35,293 bases of DNA from a virus. Lineage: Duplodnaviria; Heunggongvirae; Uroviricota; Caudoviricetes. The notes under the pieces are model-generated. The model made no database searches. It saw only the letters and a list, made by a program, of their open reading frames with translations, and was not told the origin of the DNA. Where the stretch lies: the IMG/VR virus record IMGVR_UViG_2778261341_000005; one strand, written 5' to 3'. Position numbers and translations under genes: made by a program. Positions 9,090 to 18,350 of this stretch are shown here, in pieces; the first letter of the stretch is position 1, and each line of letters begins with the position of its first letter.

Positions 9090-9638
9090 TCACTCTGCCC
9101 TGGCCGTCCAGCAGATATACTCCCCTTCGTATGCGCCATAATGGATGATGAAGGGGTTAAGGGTTTCCACCTCAAAACGGTAACGGCGGCATGTCCTGCC
9201 ATATTTGCGGATGATCTCCAGAAGAAGATCGCTGTTGTCGGCTATCTGGCTGTCTGTCACCCGCACCAGGATCACATCCCAGTCCACGCCGGGCTGGCGC
9301 TCGAGTAACTCCACGTAGCCGATGCCCAGCCGTTCAAAAATGGCGATAAAGCCCGCCACCTCGCCAGCCTCCTGTGCATTGATGAAGGCGTAACTGATGC
9401 GGCGGCGGTAGATCTCCGTGGGTTCCCCTTTAAAGCGGGTGATGTCCCGCTCCCATGCCAGCAAATCAAGTACAGGCTCTGCACATGTCATGGGGTCAAA
9501 CTGGCGCACGGGCCAGGTGATCCATTCCCATACGCGGGACCAGAAAGCCTGCGCGGCCCGCAGCAGTTTGTCGGGTTCCCCCCTGTCCATCCAGGAGGGC
9601 AGTTTCAGCGAGCGAAGCCGCTGCAAAAAGTTATTCAA
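9090..9638 (-). CDS. baseplate protein (P2 gpI-like)
   Basis: 182 aa directly upstream of the fibre gene; W..P..C...L.LLAW motif pattern of the P2 tail protein I family. Confidence 0.6.
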   Translation of the reverse strand: MNNFLQRLRSLKLPSWMDRGEPDKLLRAAQAFWSRVWEWITWPVRQFDPMTCAEPVLDLLAWERDITRFKGEPTEIYRRRISYAFINAQEAGEVAGFIAIFERLGIGYVELLERQPGVDWDVILVRVTDSQIADNSDLLLEIIRKYGRTCRRYRFEVETLNPFIIHYGAYEGEYICWTARAE

Positions 9639-10815
9639 TGACCACCTCCACTGTCAGGGATTCGAGCCGTGGCACGGCCAGATCGCTGATGATGTCTTCC
9701 AGTGAAAACTGAACCGAAGCCACCATCGGGAAGGTCTGATGAATTTCCTTGCCCAGCGTGGAAAACGAAAAGCGCGAATAGGGCCAGACTTTTTTCACGT
9801 TAAAGCGGGCGTTCTCCCTGAAAGCGCAGCGTATCAGGTCGTCGATATCCTGTTTCAGCCCTTCCGCGCCGTCCGGTGGCAGGGTGGTTGAACTTCTGAT
9901 GTATACGGTGACCTCCAGACGGTGACGCGTCTCCGGCATGGCGAAACACTGCAAATCATCCCCGTGTCCGTGGTGCCCCTCTTCGTTGATGTAGCGGTTG
10001 ACTGCTTCAATGAAAGGGGCAGAGGCCTCGCCGCTGTCCAGTAACAGGTAGGCGTTGGCCGTTCCCGGTCCTCTCGGGGCGTCGTGCTGAAAGTAGATCC
10101 GGTCGATGCTCAGGCCCGCCACGCTGGCAATAAGTCCCCGGTAGACGGCGTCCGTGTGGTAACTGCTCACGAGGTTAAACTGGTTGCGTATTCTGTCGCG
10201 CAGTTCGTCGTCGCTTTCCTCATCGGCACCCGGTACGGTCAGCCAGTCCTCCCGGTTCACCACGGATGCAATGCCGGGAATGGCAACGGGAAGGATACGG
10301 AAGTACCCCGGCGCGAGGTTGTGCCCGCTGCCTTCGGTGGTGGCTTCCACGGGAACGGATGCGCCGCTTTTACCGCTGCTGATAAGCGTTTCCTCCGTGA
10401 CGGCCATGCTGTGTATCACGCCGTTGATTCTGGCGGTCTGGACGATGGTCCCTTCGGGGATGAGGACGTCATCATTTGCCCTGGTTTTGGCAAACCAGAT
10501 CACGCCACGGGCCTTACTGGCCGGTTTTGGGGTGATGTTGACGTCGTGCGCATGAAGCAGAAGAAGTGACCGGTCAGCCGTGGCGACAAACATACCGGGC
10601 AGCACAACGTCAACCAGTGCATCACGCAGCCACTGAACGGGTCGTATGACAATGGTCAGAATGAGCCGCCAGAAGGGACTCATGGGCGAGGTGTTGGTGA
10701 TGAGTCCGGTTTTCTGTACATCCTCATGAAAGAGGGTGGCGATCTCTTCTTCTGTTTCCGGCATACCGCTTTCACGGAATACCTGATTAAAATCAACGTC
10801 CGGTTTCCCTTTCAT
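9631..10815 (-). CDS. baseplate protein (gpJ-like)
   Basis: 394 aa; position between the gp25-like and gpI-like genes as in P2 W-J-I; size-compatible. Confidence 0.5.
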   Translation of the reverse strand: MKGKPDVDFNQVFRESGMPETEEEIATLFHEDVQKTGLITNTSPMSPFWRLILTIVIRPVQWLRDALVDVVLPGMFVATADRSLLLLHAHDVNITPKPASKARGVIWFAKTRANDDVLIPEGTIVQTARINGVIHSMAVTEETLISSGKSGASVPVEATTEGSGHNLAPGYFRILPVAIPGIASVVNREDWLTVPGADEESDDELRDRIRNQFNLVSSYHTDAVYRGLIASVAGLSIDRIYFQHDAPRGPGTANAYLLLDSGEASAPFIEAVNRYINEEGHHGHGDDLQCFAMPETRHRLEVTVYIRSSTTLPPDGAEGLKQDIDDLIRCAFRENARFNVKKVWPYSRFSFSTLGKEIHQTFPMVASVQFSLEDIISDLAVPRLESLTVEVVIE

Positions 10816-11164
10816 AGTTCACCCTGGTGTTTATGCGTCCAAAATCCTGTGTCTCTGCTGTCACATGCAGCCTGCCCGGTGCCTCTTCGTTAATGAACAC
10901 CGTCCCCGGAACCAGCCGTTCATCATCCTCAACCAGGAGGATAAGCCGGGTAATGATGTCGCTGCGCAGCGTCGGGCTGCGTTCGCCGATAAGCAGGGCG
11001 GCGATCCCGCTTTCGATAATGCTGTGCACCACGTCCTGGCCGATGCTGACCCGGTTATCACATCGCTGTGGCTCGTTTCCGCTGTTCAGCGTAAAACTGC
11101 CGTCAGTGATAAGCAGGTCGATGTAAAGCGATGGCGTGTTCATCCCGCGTAAAGCTCCGTCCAT
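10793..11164 (-). CDS. baseplate wedge protein (gp25 / gpW-like), tentative
   Basis: 123 aa; N-terminal RGMN and IGERSP (GER motif) reminiscent of gp25-like proteins; overlaps tape-measure 3' end and gpJ-like 5' end. Confidence 0.4.
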   Translation of the reverse strand: MDGALRGMNTPSLYIDLLITDGSFTLNSGNEPQRCDNRVSIGQDVVHSIIESGIAALLIGERSPTLRSDIITRLILLVEDDERLVPGTVFINEEAPGRLHVTAETQDFGRINTRVNYERETGR

Positions 11165-13326
11165 TCATCCAGTTGCCCCGGCGTCATCGGGTTCTGCGTG
11201 TTGATTGTCAGATTGCCGAACGTCCGGCTGTTGTCGATACGGGTTGAGGTGTCCGTGCGTATCTGGTTGCGTATGCCTCCGGGTGGCAGCTCTGCGCTGA
11301 TGCGGTTGCCTGCCAGTGCCGGGACGGCGGTTTCTGCAATCTGCGGAGGTACGGTGCTGCCCGTTGCGCCCCGCGTCATGGTGTTCACCTGCTCCGTGGG
11401 CTTCATGTCGATACTGATACCGGGGATTTTGTTCAGCTTTTCCGCAAGCCAGTTCCACGTCCGGTTAAACGAGTTTTTAATGACGTTCCATAAGTCCCCG
11501 AAAACGTTACCGATGATCCCCGCCATTTTCCGGAAGGATTCGACCGGGGCGGTCGGGTCAAATGCAGCCACCACGTCCTGCCACCCTCTGATGACGATGG
11601 TGAAGATGTCGATCAGGTCTCTTATTGCGCCGATCACCATTTCCAGCGGGGTAGAAATCAGGCTGACTGCGGCGGCCACCAGGCGTCCGCATGTTTCCCC
11701 GGCACGGGTGACGCTGTTCATCTGTCCCGTGGTCAGCTGTACCGGTGTAAACAGATCGGAGAAGGCACCGAACAGGGTTTTTATGCCCTGCCATACCGGG
11801 GCCAGCGCCCGTGCAATGTCGCCGAACGCGGCAGTCACCGGGCTCATGGCGTCCAGTGCGCCGGTAAAACCATCAATAAAGCCGCGAATAAAGGCTTTGA
11901 TGGGCTGCCAGAACTTAATGGCTACCACCACCAGAGCGGCGATGGCGGCAACAACCAGGAGGACCGGGGCGCCCATGGTCAGAAACGACACGCCCGCCAG
12001 ACGCGCGGCAAGACTGGTGGCAATGATGACGCTGCGTACTTTTGTGAGTGCGAGCGTGTACAGACCCCAGGCTGCCCTGGCGCCCTTTATGATGGCCTTA
12101 TGGCCTTCCATGATGAAGCTGAACACACCCAGCACGATGTTCGTGACCGCACCGGCTGCGCCCAGCGCCAGCATGGTCAGCGTGATGTAACCCAGCCAGC
12201 GGGCGATGTTCGGGAACATGTTCAGCCAGCGCACGAACGTCGCGCCGATATCGGCAAAACGGCCAGCCAGTGGTGCGAGAATGGGGTAGAGGGCGTTACC
12301 GATGGCGGCCCGGATGTTGTAGAAGGAGGCCACAAGGCGGTCCCACGGGTCGGTCATGGCTTCCGCCATTTCCGTGGCACGCTTCATGCCGTCATTACGC
12401 CCCAGCGCTGATATGCTCCGGTTAAGCATTTCCTGCTGTCCCCAGAGTTTTTTAATCACGTCCGCACCACTGCCGAAGGCGTCATCCAGCGCCTGTTGTG
12501 CCGCCACGTTACCCTCAATGTTCCTGCCGAACCTCGCCTGCAGACGGTCGAGGATGTCACCCATGGGTAAAATCTTCCCGGTGGCATCGACGAAACTCAT
12601 CCCCATTTTTTGTGCGGCAGCGGGGGCACTGCGCAGGAACTCCTCATAGATGCCTGATGCCTCGGTACCCATGGTCCGTGACAGGGTGCCCAGTATGGCA
12701 AACTGCTCTGCCATGCTGACGCCAAAATCCGCGCCAGCGTTTTTGGTGCCCTCAATAAGCTCCTGCATGGTGCTCATTTCCACGCCGAACTGCTGAACCA
12801 TCCACGCGGTTTTACCAGCCAGATCTTCAGCAAAACCCACGGCACCCATGGCAGAAAACTCACTGCGGAAACGGGCACCCATGGCGGCAAGGTAAGTACT
12901 CGCCTCTTCACTGCTGACGCGGGCAGCCACGGCCAGGGTACTGGTTGCTGCCGTCACACGGGGTAAATCCCCGTCGCTCAGCCCGTCCAGTGCGCCGCGA
13001 ATATGCCATGCGGAACGGATGATCTCCGTGGAAGACTGACCGAATGCGGTCCCCAGTTTCATGGCCTGCGTGGTGAGGGCGGTCAGCGCCTGCGCTCCGA
13101 CGCCTTTGGCCTCAAGCTCGCTCAGCGCCTTCTGCATCTCCCACGCCGGATCCATTGCGGCGCGGATACCTTCAGCCACACCCCACAGTCCGGCCACACC
13201 CACACCGATACGCGCGAACGCGCCCTGCGAGCGTTCGGCGAATCCCGTCACGGATTCCTGAACCTGCCGCAGCGGGCGGGTAAGCTGGTCTGTCAGATTG
13301 ATAATGAAATCCAGCTGGCTGGCCAT
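11140..13326 (-). CDS. tail tape measure protein
   Basis: 728 aa, Ala/Gly-rich with internal hydrophobic segments; preceded by a chaperone gene with a frameshift site. Confidence 0.85.
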   Translation of the reverse strand: MASQLDFIINLTDQLTRPLRQVQESVTGFAERSQGAFARIGVGVAGLWGVAEGIRAAMDPAWEMQKALSELEAKGVGAQALTALTTQAMKLGTAFGQSSTEIIRSAWHIRGALDGLSDGDLPRVTAATSTLAVAARVSSEEASTYLAAMGARFRSEFSAMGAVGFAEDLAGKTAWMVQQFGVEMSTMQELIEGTKNAGADFGVSMAEQFAILGTLSRTMGTEASGIYEEFLRSAPAAAQKMGMSFVDATGKILPMGDILDRLQARFGRNIEGNVAAQQALDDAFGSGADVIKKLWGQQEMLNRSISALGRNDGMKRATEMAEAMTDPWDRLVASFYNIRAAIGNALYPILAPLAGRFADIGATFVRWLNMFPNIARWLGYITLTMLALGAAGAVTNIVLGVFSFIMEGHKAIIKGARAAWGLYTLALTKVRSVIIATSLAARLAGVSFLTMGAPVLLVVAAIAALVVVAIKFWQPIKAFIRGFIDGFTGALDAMSPVTAAFGDIARALAPVWQGIKTLFGAFSDLFTPVQLTTGQMNSVTRAGETCGRLVAAAVSLISTPLEMVIGAIRDLIDIFTIVIRGWQDVVAAFDPTAPVESFRKMAGIIGNVFGDLWNVIKNSFNRTWNWLAEKLNKIPGISIDMKPTEQVNTMTRGATGSTVPPQIAETAVPALAGNRISAELPPGGIRNQIRTDTSTRIDNSRTFGNLTINTQNPMTPGQLDEWTELYAG

Positions 13327-13327
13327 G

Positions 13328-13791
13328 TCACCTTCCGTTAAATGCGATCGCTATACCTTCAGCGGTCTTGTTGGCGCGGGTACGGGCAAAATATTCATCC
13401 AGCCAGATGGCCCGGGCGATGCTCTCTTCGTCGTCCGGCTCTCCGGGGAGGTAGTGACGCCGCAATGCCAGATACTGCTCAAGGGGATTGCGGCGGATGC
13501 TTTCGACCCGCGCGGTCAGTTTTTTAACTCAATCTCCAGTTTCGGGGAGTAAACCTCGTTAATCTTCTCGACGATCTGCATCTCACAGCCCGGATAACGC
13601 GCAATCAGGTCAGCCAGTGCGTCGCGGCTGGCAGGCGTCACGATGCGGTTAAGATAGGTGCTCATCGGCGCCACCTTGTTGGTCATCGTGATTTCGTTGA
13701 TGAGGTTGTTAAATGCCGTTTTGTTCGGTTCAAAGCTCAGGGTTACGCCCGCAACGGACAGGATGATGGTGCCGGTGTTCTTCGTGGTCAT
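13328..13791 (-). CDS. tail assembly chaperone, predicted -1 frameshift product (E+E'-like, ~154 aa)
   Basis: After a -1 slip at A_AAA_AAC (plus coordinates 13519-13525) the reading frame stays open for 63 codons and stops at TGA 13328-13330, overlapping the tape-measure ATG (13324-13326). Confidence 0.5.
13516..13791 (-). CDS. tail assembly chaperone (gpE-like, 91 aa)
   Basis: 91-aa ORF immediately upstream of the tape measure; ends ...GAG TTA AAA AAC TGA with slippery heptamer A AAA AAC. Confidence 0.6.
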   Translation of the reverse strand: MTTKNTGTIILSVAGVTLSFEPNKTAFNNLINEITMTNKVAPMSTYLNRIVTPASRDALADLIARYPGCEMQIVEKINEVYSPKLEIELKN

Positions 13792-14024
13792 TGCAGTTTC
13801 TCCGTGTTTCGTATGGTTTCCACCAGGCTGTTATGCCTGGCGGCACATTCGGTGTAGCGGCTCGTGAGGGTTCGCAGTGCCGCATCAAAATCAGCGCCCG
13901 TCGGGCCTGCCAGTCTCGGCAGTGTCTTCGGGCATTCCGTCAGCTGGTTTTCCTGCCAGGGTACGCTCAGCGGCTTCAGCACGGGCGTTGAACAGCCGGA
14001 CGTAATCATCAGTAGCGCACACAT
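13788..14024 (-). CDS. o-spanin (Rz1-like lipoprotein), start approximate
   Basis: ORF in an alternative frame overlapping the 3' part of the Rz-like gene; signal peptide with lipobox (LLMITSGC). Confidence 0.5.
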   Translation of the reverse strand: MCALLMITSGCSTPVLKPLSVPWQENQLTECPKTLPRLAGPTGADFDAALRTLTSRYTECAARHNSLVETIRNTEKLQ

Positions 14025-14277
14025 TGCGGAATACCGGGCGGACGGTTTCCGTGTGAATAACGCGTTCAGTGTGAATTTCATTGCCCTTTAACGCCTCCAG
14101 CCGTTTTTCCAGTATGCGGGCGGACTGCTGCCCGGCTTCTGTCACCGCCCGTCGCGTGGCTTCCATGGCTTCCTGTTCGGCAAGCACCACCCTGGCGTCA
14201 TGCCAGTCATGGGCCAGCCAGCCCGCCCACATGGCGGCAAAGAGGATCACCAGGCAGCCCGCCAGCTGTTTCATCAT
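13891..14277 (-). CDS. i-spanin (Rz-like)
   Basis: 128 aa, N-terminal TM segment then charged/helical periplasmic domain; start overlaps the endolysin stop; embedded Rz1-like frame. Confidence 0.65.
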   Translation of the reverse strand: MMKQLAGCLVILFAAMWAGWLAHDWHDARVVLAEQEAMEATRRAVTEAGQQSARILEKRLEALKGNEIHTERVIHTETVRPVFRNVCATDDYVRLFNARAEAAERTLAGKPADGMPEDTAETGRPDGR

Positions 14278-14612
14278 TTCACCCCGTTGTGCTCAAGGCT
14301 GAAATGATTGCCGTCTGCCCGGCTGAAGCGTCCGCCCCATGTGCCGCCGATGGATTCCCAGTATTCCCCCAGCGGCCTGTAGGCGTCGGTGTCGGTCTGG
14401 TATTCGCCGTTAATAAACAGGTTGAAGTCCACCGCGAGGCGCAGGGTGTGAAGGCTGTTGCGGATGCCTTTTCCGGTTTTCGCATTCAGTGCTGCCTGCT
14501 CCGGCGTGCGGTATGCCTCACCGAAGGTCAGGCGATAGCCGTGCTCCTGCGCCCAGTGAATAAGGTCGGCAATCATGACGGCAAACAGCTGTTGTTTTTC
14601 GCTCAGATTCAT
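14274..14612 (-). CDS. endolysin, peptidase M15 family (L-alanyl-D-glutamate peptidase type)
   Basis: 112 aa with HTLRLAVD ... DGNHFSLEH (His-x6-Asp ... His zinc-ligand pattern of M15 endolysins). Confidence 0.75.
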   Translation of the reverse strand: MNLSEKQQLFAVMIADLIHWAQEHGYRLTFGEAYRTPEQAALNAKTGKGIRNSLHTLRLAVDFNLFINGEYQTDTDAYRPLGEYWESIGGTWGGRFSRADGNHFSLEHNGVK

Positions 14613-14662
14613 GGGGTATCTCCTGTGCGTTATACAGGTTCAGGGAAGGTGAAATGTAAGGC

Positions 14663-14968
14663 TTATGGGTCATTTCTGCGTTCCTTATGCTTCAGGTAGC
14701 GGTCTGCCAGACGGCAAAAGCATTCTTCAATAAAGGCGCTGCCCATAATGCCCAGCGCGCACGCCAGACCGACCACAACCAGTTCCGGCATGTCCGGAAA
14801 TTTAAACAGCGGAATGGCGGCAACCGGCGCCACGGCAGAGCCCATAATCATTCGCCCGATAAGCAGACGGGCTGTGATGCGATCGCGGCTCACCATGAGA
14901 CGCCCCAGCCCGATGGCGGCACCGATGATAATCAGTTTTGCCAGGAGTGAAGTCTGACCGTCCGGCAT
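14663..14968 (-). CDS. holin (putative, 3 TM segments)
   Basis: 101 aa with three hydrophobic helices and a charged C-terminus; directly upstream of the endolysin. Confidence 0.6.
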   Translation of the reverse strand: MPDGQTSLLAKLIIIGAAIGLGRLMVSRDRITARLLIGRMIMGSAVAPVAAIPLFKFPDMPELVVVGLACALGIMGSAFIEECFCRLADRYLKHKERRNDP

Positions 14969-14972
14969 GGCA

Positions 14973-15434
14973 TCACCCCTTCAGATCGCGGGTGTCACGG
15001 GCTGACAGGTAGGGCACGCCGTCAATGCTGATAAAGTCCGGGCTTGTGACCATGAACTTGATTTTTTTCGTGGTCTTTCCGGCTTCGCCTGCGCTGATGT
15101 TCACCACGTCCGACAACATGGGGACGCAGCCGAACACCTCGATTTTTTCCTCCTCGCTGCCGTTGTTGGCATAAAAGAGAAAATCCTTTTCAGGAATGGC
15201 GCGCCACGACCCCGCAGAGCGGGCCACGGCACCAAACTTTTTAAAGTTCTGTGCGTCGACTTCCACCTCCACATCGGCAGAAACAGAACCACGGGTGTAG
15301 CCGTTCGGCACGCCGCGCGTCTGTGCCACGGCGCTGTTGTCGGTGATGGTGACGGTGGCGCTTTCCACGTGGATCATGATCCCGTCGTAGTTGATATCAA
15401 ACGCGCCGCCGCTGATACGTTCATTTCCGGCCAT
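14973..15434 (-). CDS. tail tube protein (FII-like); start placed at internal ATG 15432-15434
   Basis: About 153 aa following the sheath gene; GGAG 8 nt upstream of the ATG; track ORF extends to 15464. Confidence 0.5.
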   Translation of the reverse strand: MAGNERISGGAFDINYDGIMIHVESATVTITDNSAVAQTRGVPNGYTRGSVSADVEVEVDAQNFKKFGAVARSAGSWRAIPEKDFLFYANNGSEEEKIEVFGCVPMLSDVVNISAGEAGKTTKKIKFMVTSPDFISIDGVPYLSARDTRDLKG

Positions 15435-15435
15435 G

Positions 15436-16581
15436 TCAGATCTCCAGTGCTGTGTCGAGTTCAATACTTACGCCAATGGCTTTTGCGCTCTCGTAGGGGC
15501 GTACCACAATGTAAATCTGCACGTGTGTACTGCTGGTCCAGACGATGGTGATATCCCCGTCCTGTGGCGGTTTAACCTCGCCGGGGAACGGTACGCCGTT
15601 AATCTCCGTGGCGAGCGCCATTTCACGCAGCGTGCGGCTGAAATATGTCTGGCTGGCGGCAATGCTGCCCGGTGTGCTGTTGAGCGCGCGATCCGCAAGG
15701 CGGGCAATGGCGCGCAGACGTACACGGCGGGAGACCTTATCCACCACGCGCACGTTTTCGATGACCTGGTAATCGCCACCCTCCACATCAAGGGTGCGTC
15801 CGTCTGACCAGTAGAGCCCGTCGAAATCGTGATACCACATGGGCACGCTGAAGCGTTTGCCTTCCAGCGAGCGCAGCGTGGCCAGCTCAAGGGGCTGTTT
15901 CTTGCCGTCCTGCGGGATCTCATCGTTACCCATCGCCACCAGGGCACCGGTTGCCACACGTGCCGGACTGTCCGCAACGGTGACGGAAGGATTACAGAGA
16001 CGGCCCGCCAGTACGCCGGGCTCATTTCCCCATAAGCGGGGAACCACCATCACGCCAGGTGCTGCCACGCCGTCCTGTATGGCACTGATGCGGGTGACGT
16101 ATGCCGCCCATGCCTCATCCTTGCCCGGTCCGGCCACGCACAGCATGAACCAGACAAAACGGCCATAAGCGGACTGAAGCAGGGCGCGGGTTTCGGTGGC
16201 GCGGTTAACGGCATCTTTGGCCGTGATGTCAATGGCAATCACCACGCCCTCGGCAGAAGCAATGGTCTGCGCTTTTTTCACCGCGTCCACCCATGCGGCG
16301 TTAGCGTCGCCGCCCTCCGGTGCCGGGGGTTTGGGTTCAGACAGAACGTGAACATAGGCAAACCAGTTCTGGCCACCGTTGGCGATTGCGGCGGTAAGCG
16401 TGGATTTAAGCAGGCTTTCATCCGGTCCCAGCACGTCGTCCAGGTCGGTCTCAGGGGAGACGGAAAGGGTGTTACCTGTGTTCTTTTTGCCATAGCCCAC
16501 AAAAAGCAGCGTGCGCTCCACTTCACGGGTGGCACCGTTGAAACGGTTCTGATGGCTTACGGTTACATTCGGCCAGCTCAC
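15436..16581 (-). CDS. tail sheath protein (FI-like)
   Basis: 381 aa, position and size as P2 FI upstream of the tube gene; no motif recalled with certainty. Confidence 0.55.
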   Translation of the reverse strand: MSWPNVTVSHQNRFNGATREVERTLLFVGYGKKNTGNTLSVSPETDLDDVLGPDESLLKSTLTAAIANGGQNWFAYVHVLSEPKPPAPEGGDANAAWVDAVKKAQTIASAEGVVIAIDITAKDAVNRATETRALLQSAYGRFVWFMLCVAGPGKDEAWAAYVTRISAIQDGVAAPGVMVVPRLWGNEPGVLAGRLCNPSVTVADSPARVATGALVAMGNDEIPQDGKKQPLELATLRSLEGKRFSVPMWYHDFDGLYWSDGRTLDVEGGDYQVIENVRVVDKVSRRVRLRAIARLADRALNSTPGSIAASQTYFSRTLREMALATEINGVPFPGEVKPPQDGDITIVWTSSTHVQIYIVVRPYESAKAIGVSIELDTALEI

Positions 16582-16592
16582 GGTGTGACTCC

Positions 16593-17303
16593 TTATCTGA
16601 TATCCTGTGCGTCAACGTCCAGGCCGTAGCCCATTGCGTTCATCTGGCGTGCCAGGATGTGTGAAAATTCTTCGTTTGTTACCCCCAGAAAGACGCGCGA
16701 CGGAAGGGTAATGGTCCATGTCCGGGCCTTCTGTTGACGTGGTCCGGCGATAATCTGATCTTCCATAACGGTGATCAGCAACCCGGCCTGCGCCCGCGAA
16801 AGCGTTAACAGGTATTTCATGGATGCTTTCCGCCAGCGCCCCTTCTGACGTACCTTAAAGCCCAGCTCCCGCAGTCGTTTTGCCTGTCGGCGGGTGGCGG
16901 TCTGCCCGCTCTGGTCCTGACCGCTGAAGCTGTCAGCACTGACCCGGATTTCTGCGCCGTTGTGGTGAACCCAGCCCACGGCACCGGCACTGATGCGGCT
17001 CCTGCCACTGGTGTGATTGCCGTTACGGAAATAAACCTTTACGGCATCCTGTCCGGGCATCTCACGGACCGCCAGAAGACGCGGCAGCTTTCTGAACATT
17101 TTCCCCTTGCCGCGTTTCCGGGGTGCCCATGCTGTGCCGTCCGGCGCGGTCTGATCGCGCTGATGGCGTCTGGCTGCGGCGATAATGCCGTGCCGGGCAA
17201 TACGCCATAACAGGCGACGGCGTTTTTTCGGGGGCAGATCCAGCGACTGAAGCATCGCCTGCGCTTCTGCCAGCTGCTGCGGGTTCAGCTGGCCGCTTAT
17301 CAT
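16593..17303 (-). CDS. tail completion / virion morphogenesis protein (gpS-like)
   Basis: 236 aa, basic; start overlaps the stop of the gpR-like gene; position as P2 S. Confidence 0.5.
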   Translation of the reverse strand: MISGQLNPQQLAEAQAMLQSLDLPPKKRRRLLWRIARHGIIAAARRHQRDQTAPDGTAWAPRKRGKGKMFRKLPRLLAVREMPGQDAVKVYFRNGNHTSGRSRISAGAVGWVHHNGAEIRVSADSFSGQDQSGQTATRRQAKRLRELGFKVRQKGRWRKASMKYLLTLSRAQAGLLITVMEDQIIAGPRQQKARTWTITLPSRVFLGVTNEEFSHILARQMNAMGYGLDVDAQDIR

Positions 17304-17773
17304 TCGCGGCTCCTGCTGACAAACAGATCCATGGTTTCCGCCGTCCAGATTTCAGGGTTAACCAGTGTCCAGCGTTTCCCCCTGTACGGAACGGGGCCGT
17401 CCTCCTGCACCCGGATGATCAGCGGGTCAGCCAGTCCCACCGTGATATCGAGAAGGCACGAGTCCTCATCGTTAAACTGCGGGTCGACGTTCACATCCTC
17501 CGGGCGGAATTCCTCCCTCAGCGGGTCCGCGTGCTCTTCCAGCCAGGCCATGACCAGCGCGTAAACCAGCCCCGGTGAGTATTTGCGGAACGGGAAGTTA
17601 TCCCATGCAATCACGCCGGTGTACGTCATCACGCCCATGCGGATCTGGTCGTTACCCAGCGCCTTCTGACTGCGGATAAGCTGCGCGTCTTCCTGACTGC
17701 TCATGAAGAACTGCATGGCGTCAGGCGGCAGATTTTCGGTAATGAAGGCGGTCAGGCTTTCCAGCTGGTTCAT
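17300..17773 (-). CDS. tail completion protein (gpR-like)
   Basis: 157 aa; LVYALVMAWLEEHADP resembles the P2 gpR region around VLAWLRENQPD; start overlaps the gpL-like stop. Confidence 0.5.
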   Translation of the reverse strand: MNQLESLTAFITENLPPDAMQFFMSSQEDAQLIRSQKALGNDQIRMGVMTYTGVIAWDNFPFRKYSPGLVYALVMAWLEEHADPLREEFRPEDVNVDPQFNDEDSCLLDITVGLADPLIIRVQEDGPVPYRGKRWTLVNPEIWTAETMDLFVSRSRE

Positions 17774-18243
17774 ATGATGTGCACTCCCGCGCGTCTGTGC
17801 CCCAGCATGTTACGCATGACCAGCGAGGCTTCAGCCAGTAAGGTGGCGCGTGTGTCCTCGCTTTCCTGCCCCGGATAGGTTTCACGGCGACCAATGGTGG
17901 CGAACTCGCCCATAAGATCGGCCTTGGCACGGGCATAAACGGCCTTTTTGTACTGTGCGACCAGCTGGGTTTCATCGCCCAGCCTGGCCCCTGGTACGTC
18001 TGCGGCGCGTTCATGCCCCTGCGCCTTCCAGTGCGCCACAACCGGCGCCAGCGTGGTGTTCACCTCGGCCACTGCGGCAAGCAGCGCCATGGCCGCCGTG
18101 TCGTCGGGTAAATCAGCCGGAAGCGTGCGTGACCCCTGAAGCTCAGCCAGATCAAGGTCCGGCCAGAACGGCTCGCCGTTTGTCACCGTCTGCGGTGTGG
18201 ATTTCAGCGGTTTACCGCTGACGCTGAAGCTCGGTTCACTCAT
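17770..18243 (-). CDS. head completion / stabilisation protein (gpL-like)
   Basis: Start placed at internal ATG 18241-18243 (GAGG Shine-Dalgarno); follows the small terminase as in P2. Confidence 0.6.
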   Translation of the reverse strand: MSEPSFSVSGKPLKSTPQTVTNGEPFWPDLDLAELQGSRTLPADLPDDTAAMALLAAVAEVNTTLAPVVAHWKAQGHERAADVPGARLGDETQLVAQYKKAVYARAKADLMGEFATIGRRETYPGQESEDTRATLLAEASLVMRNMLGHRRAGVHII

Positions 18244-18350
18244 GACGTGCCTCATATGAATAAAAAGGCGGGCTGTCCGGGATTCCACGGCCATACAGTT
18301 TCCGTCACTGATGCCTCCTCCCGCGCCCGCCCGGCCCTGCGGGTAGTCGT

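Noticed and set aside
11198-12190. 330-aa plus-strand ORF (and other long ORFs antisense to tape measure, capsid and A genes, e.g. 19001..19939 and 26379..27263)
   Set aside because: Antisense or alternative-frame ORFs inside well-supported GC-rich structural and replication genes; products are low-complexity.
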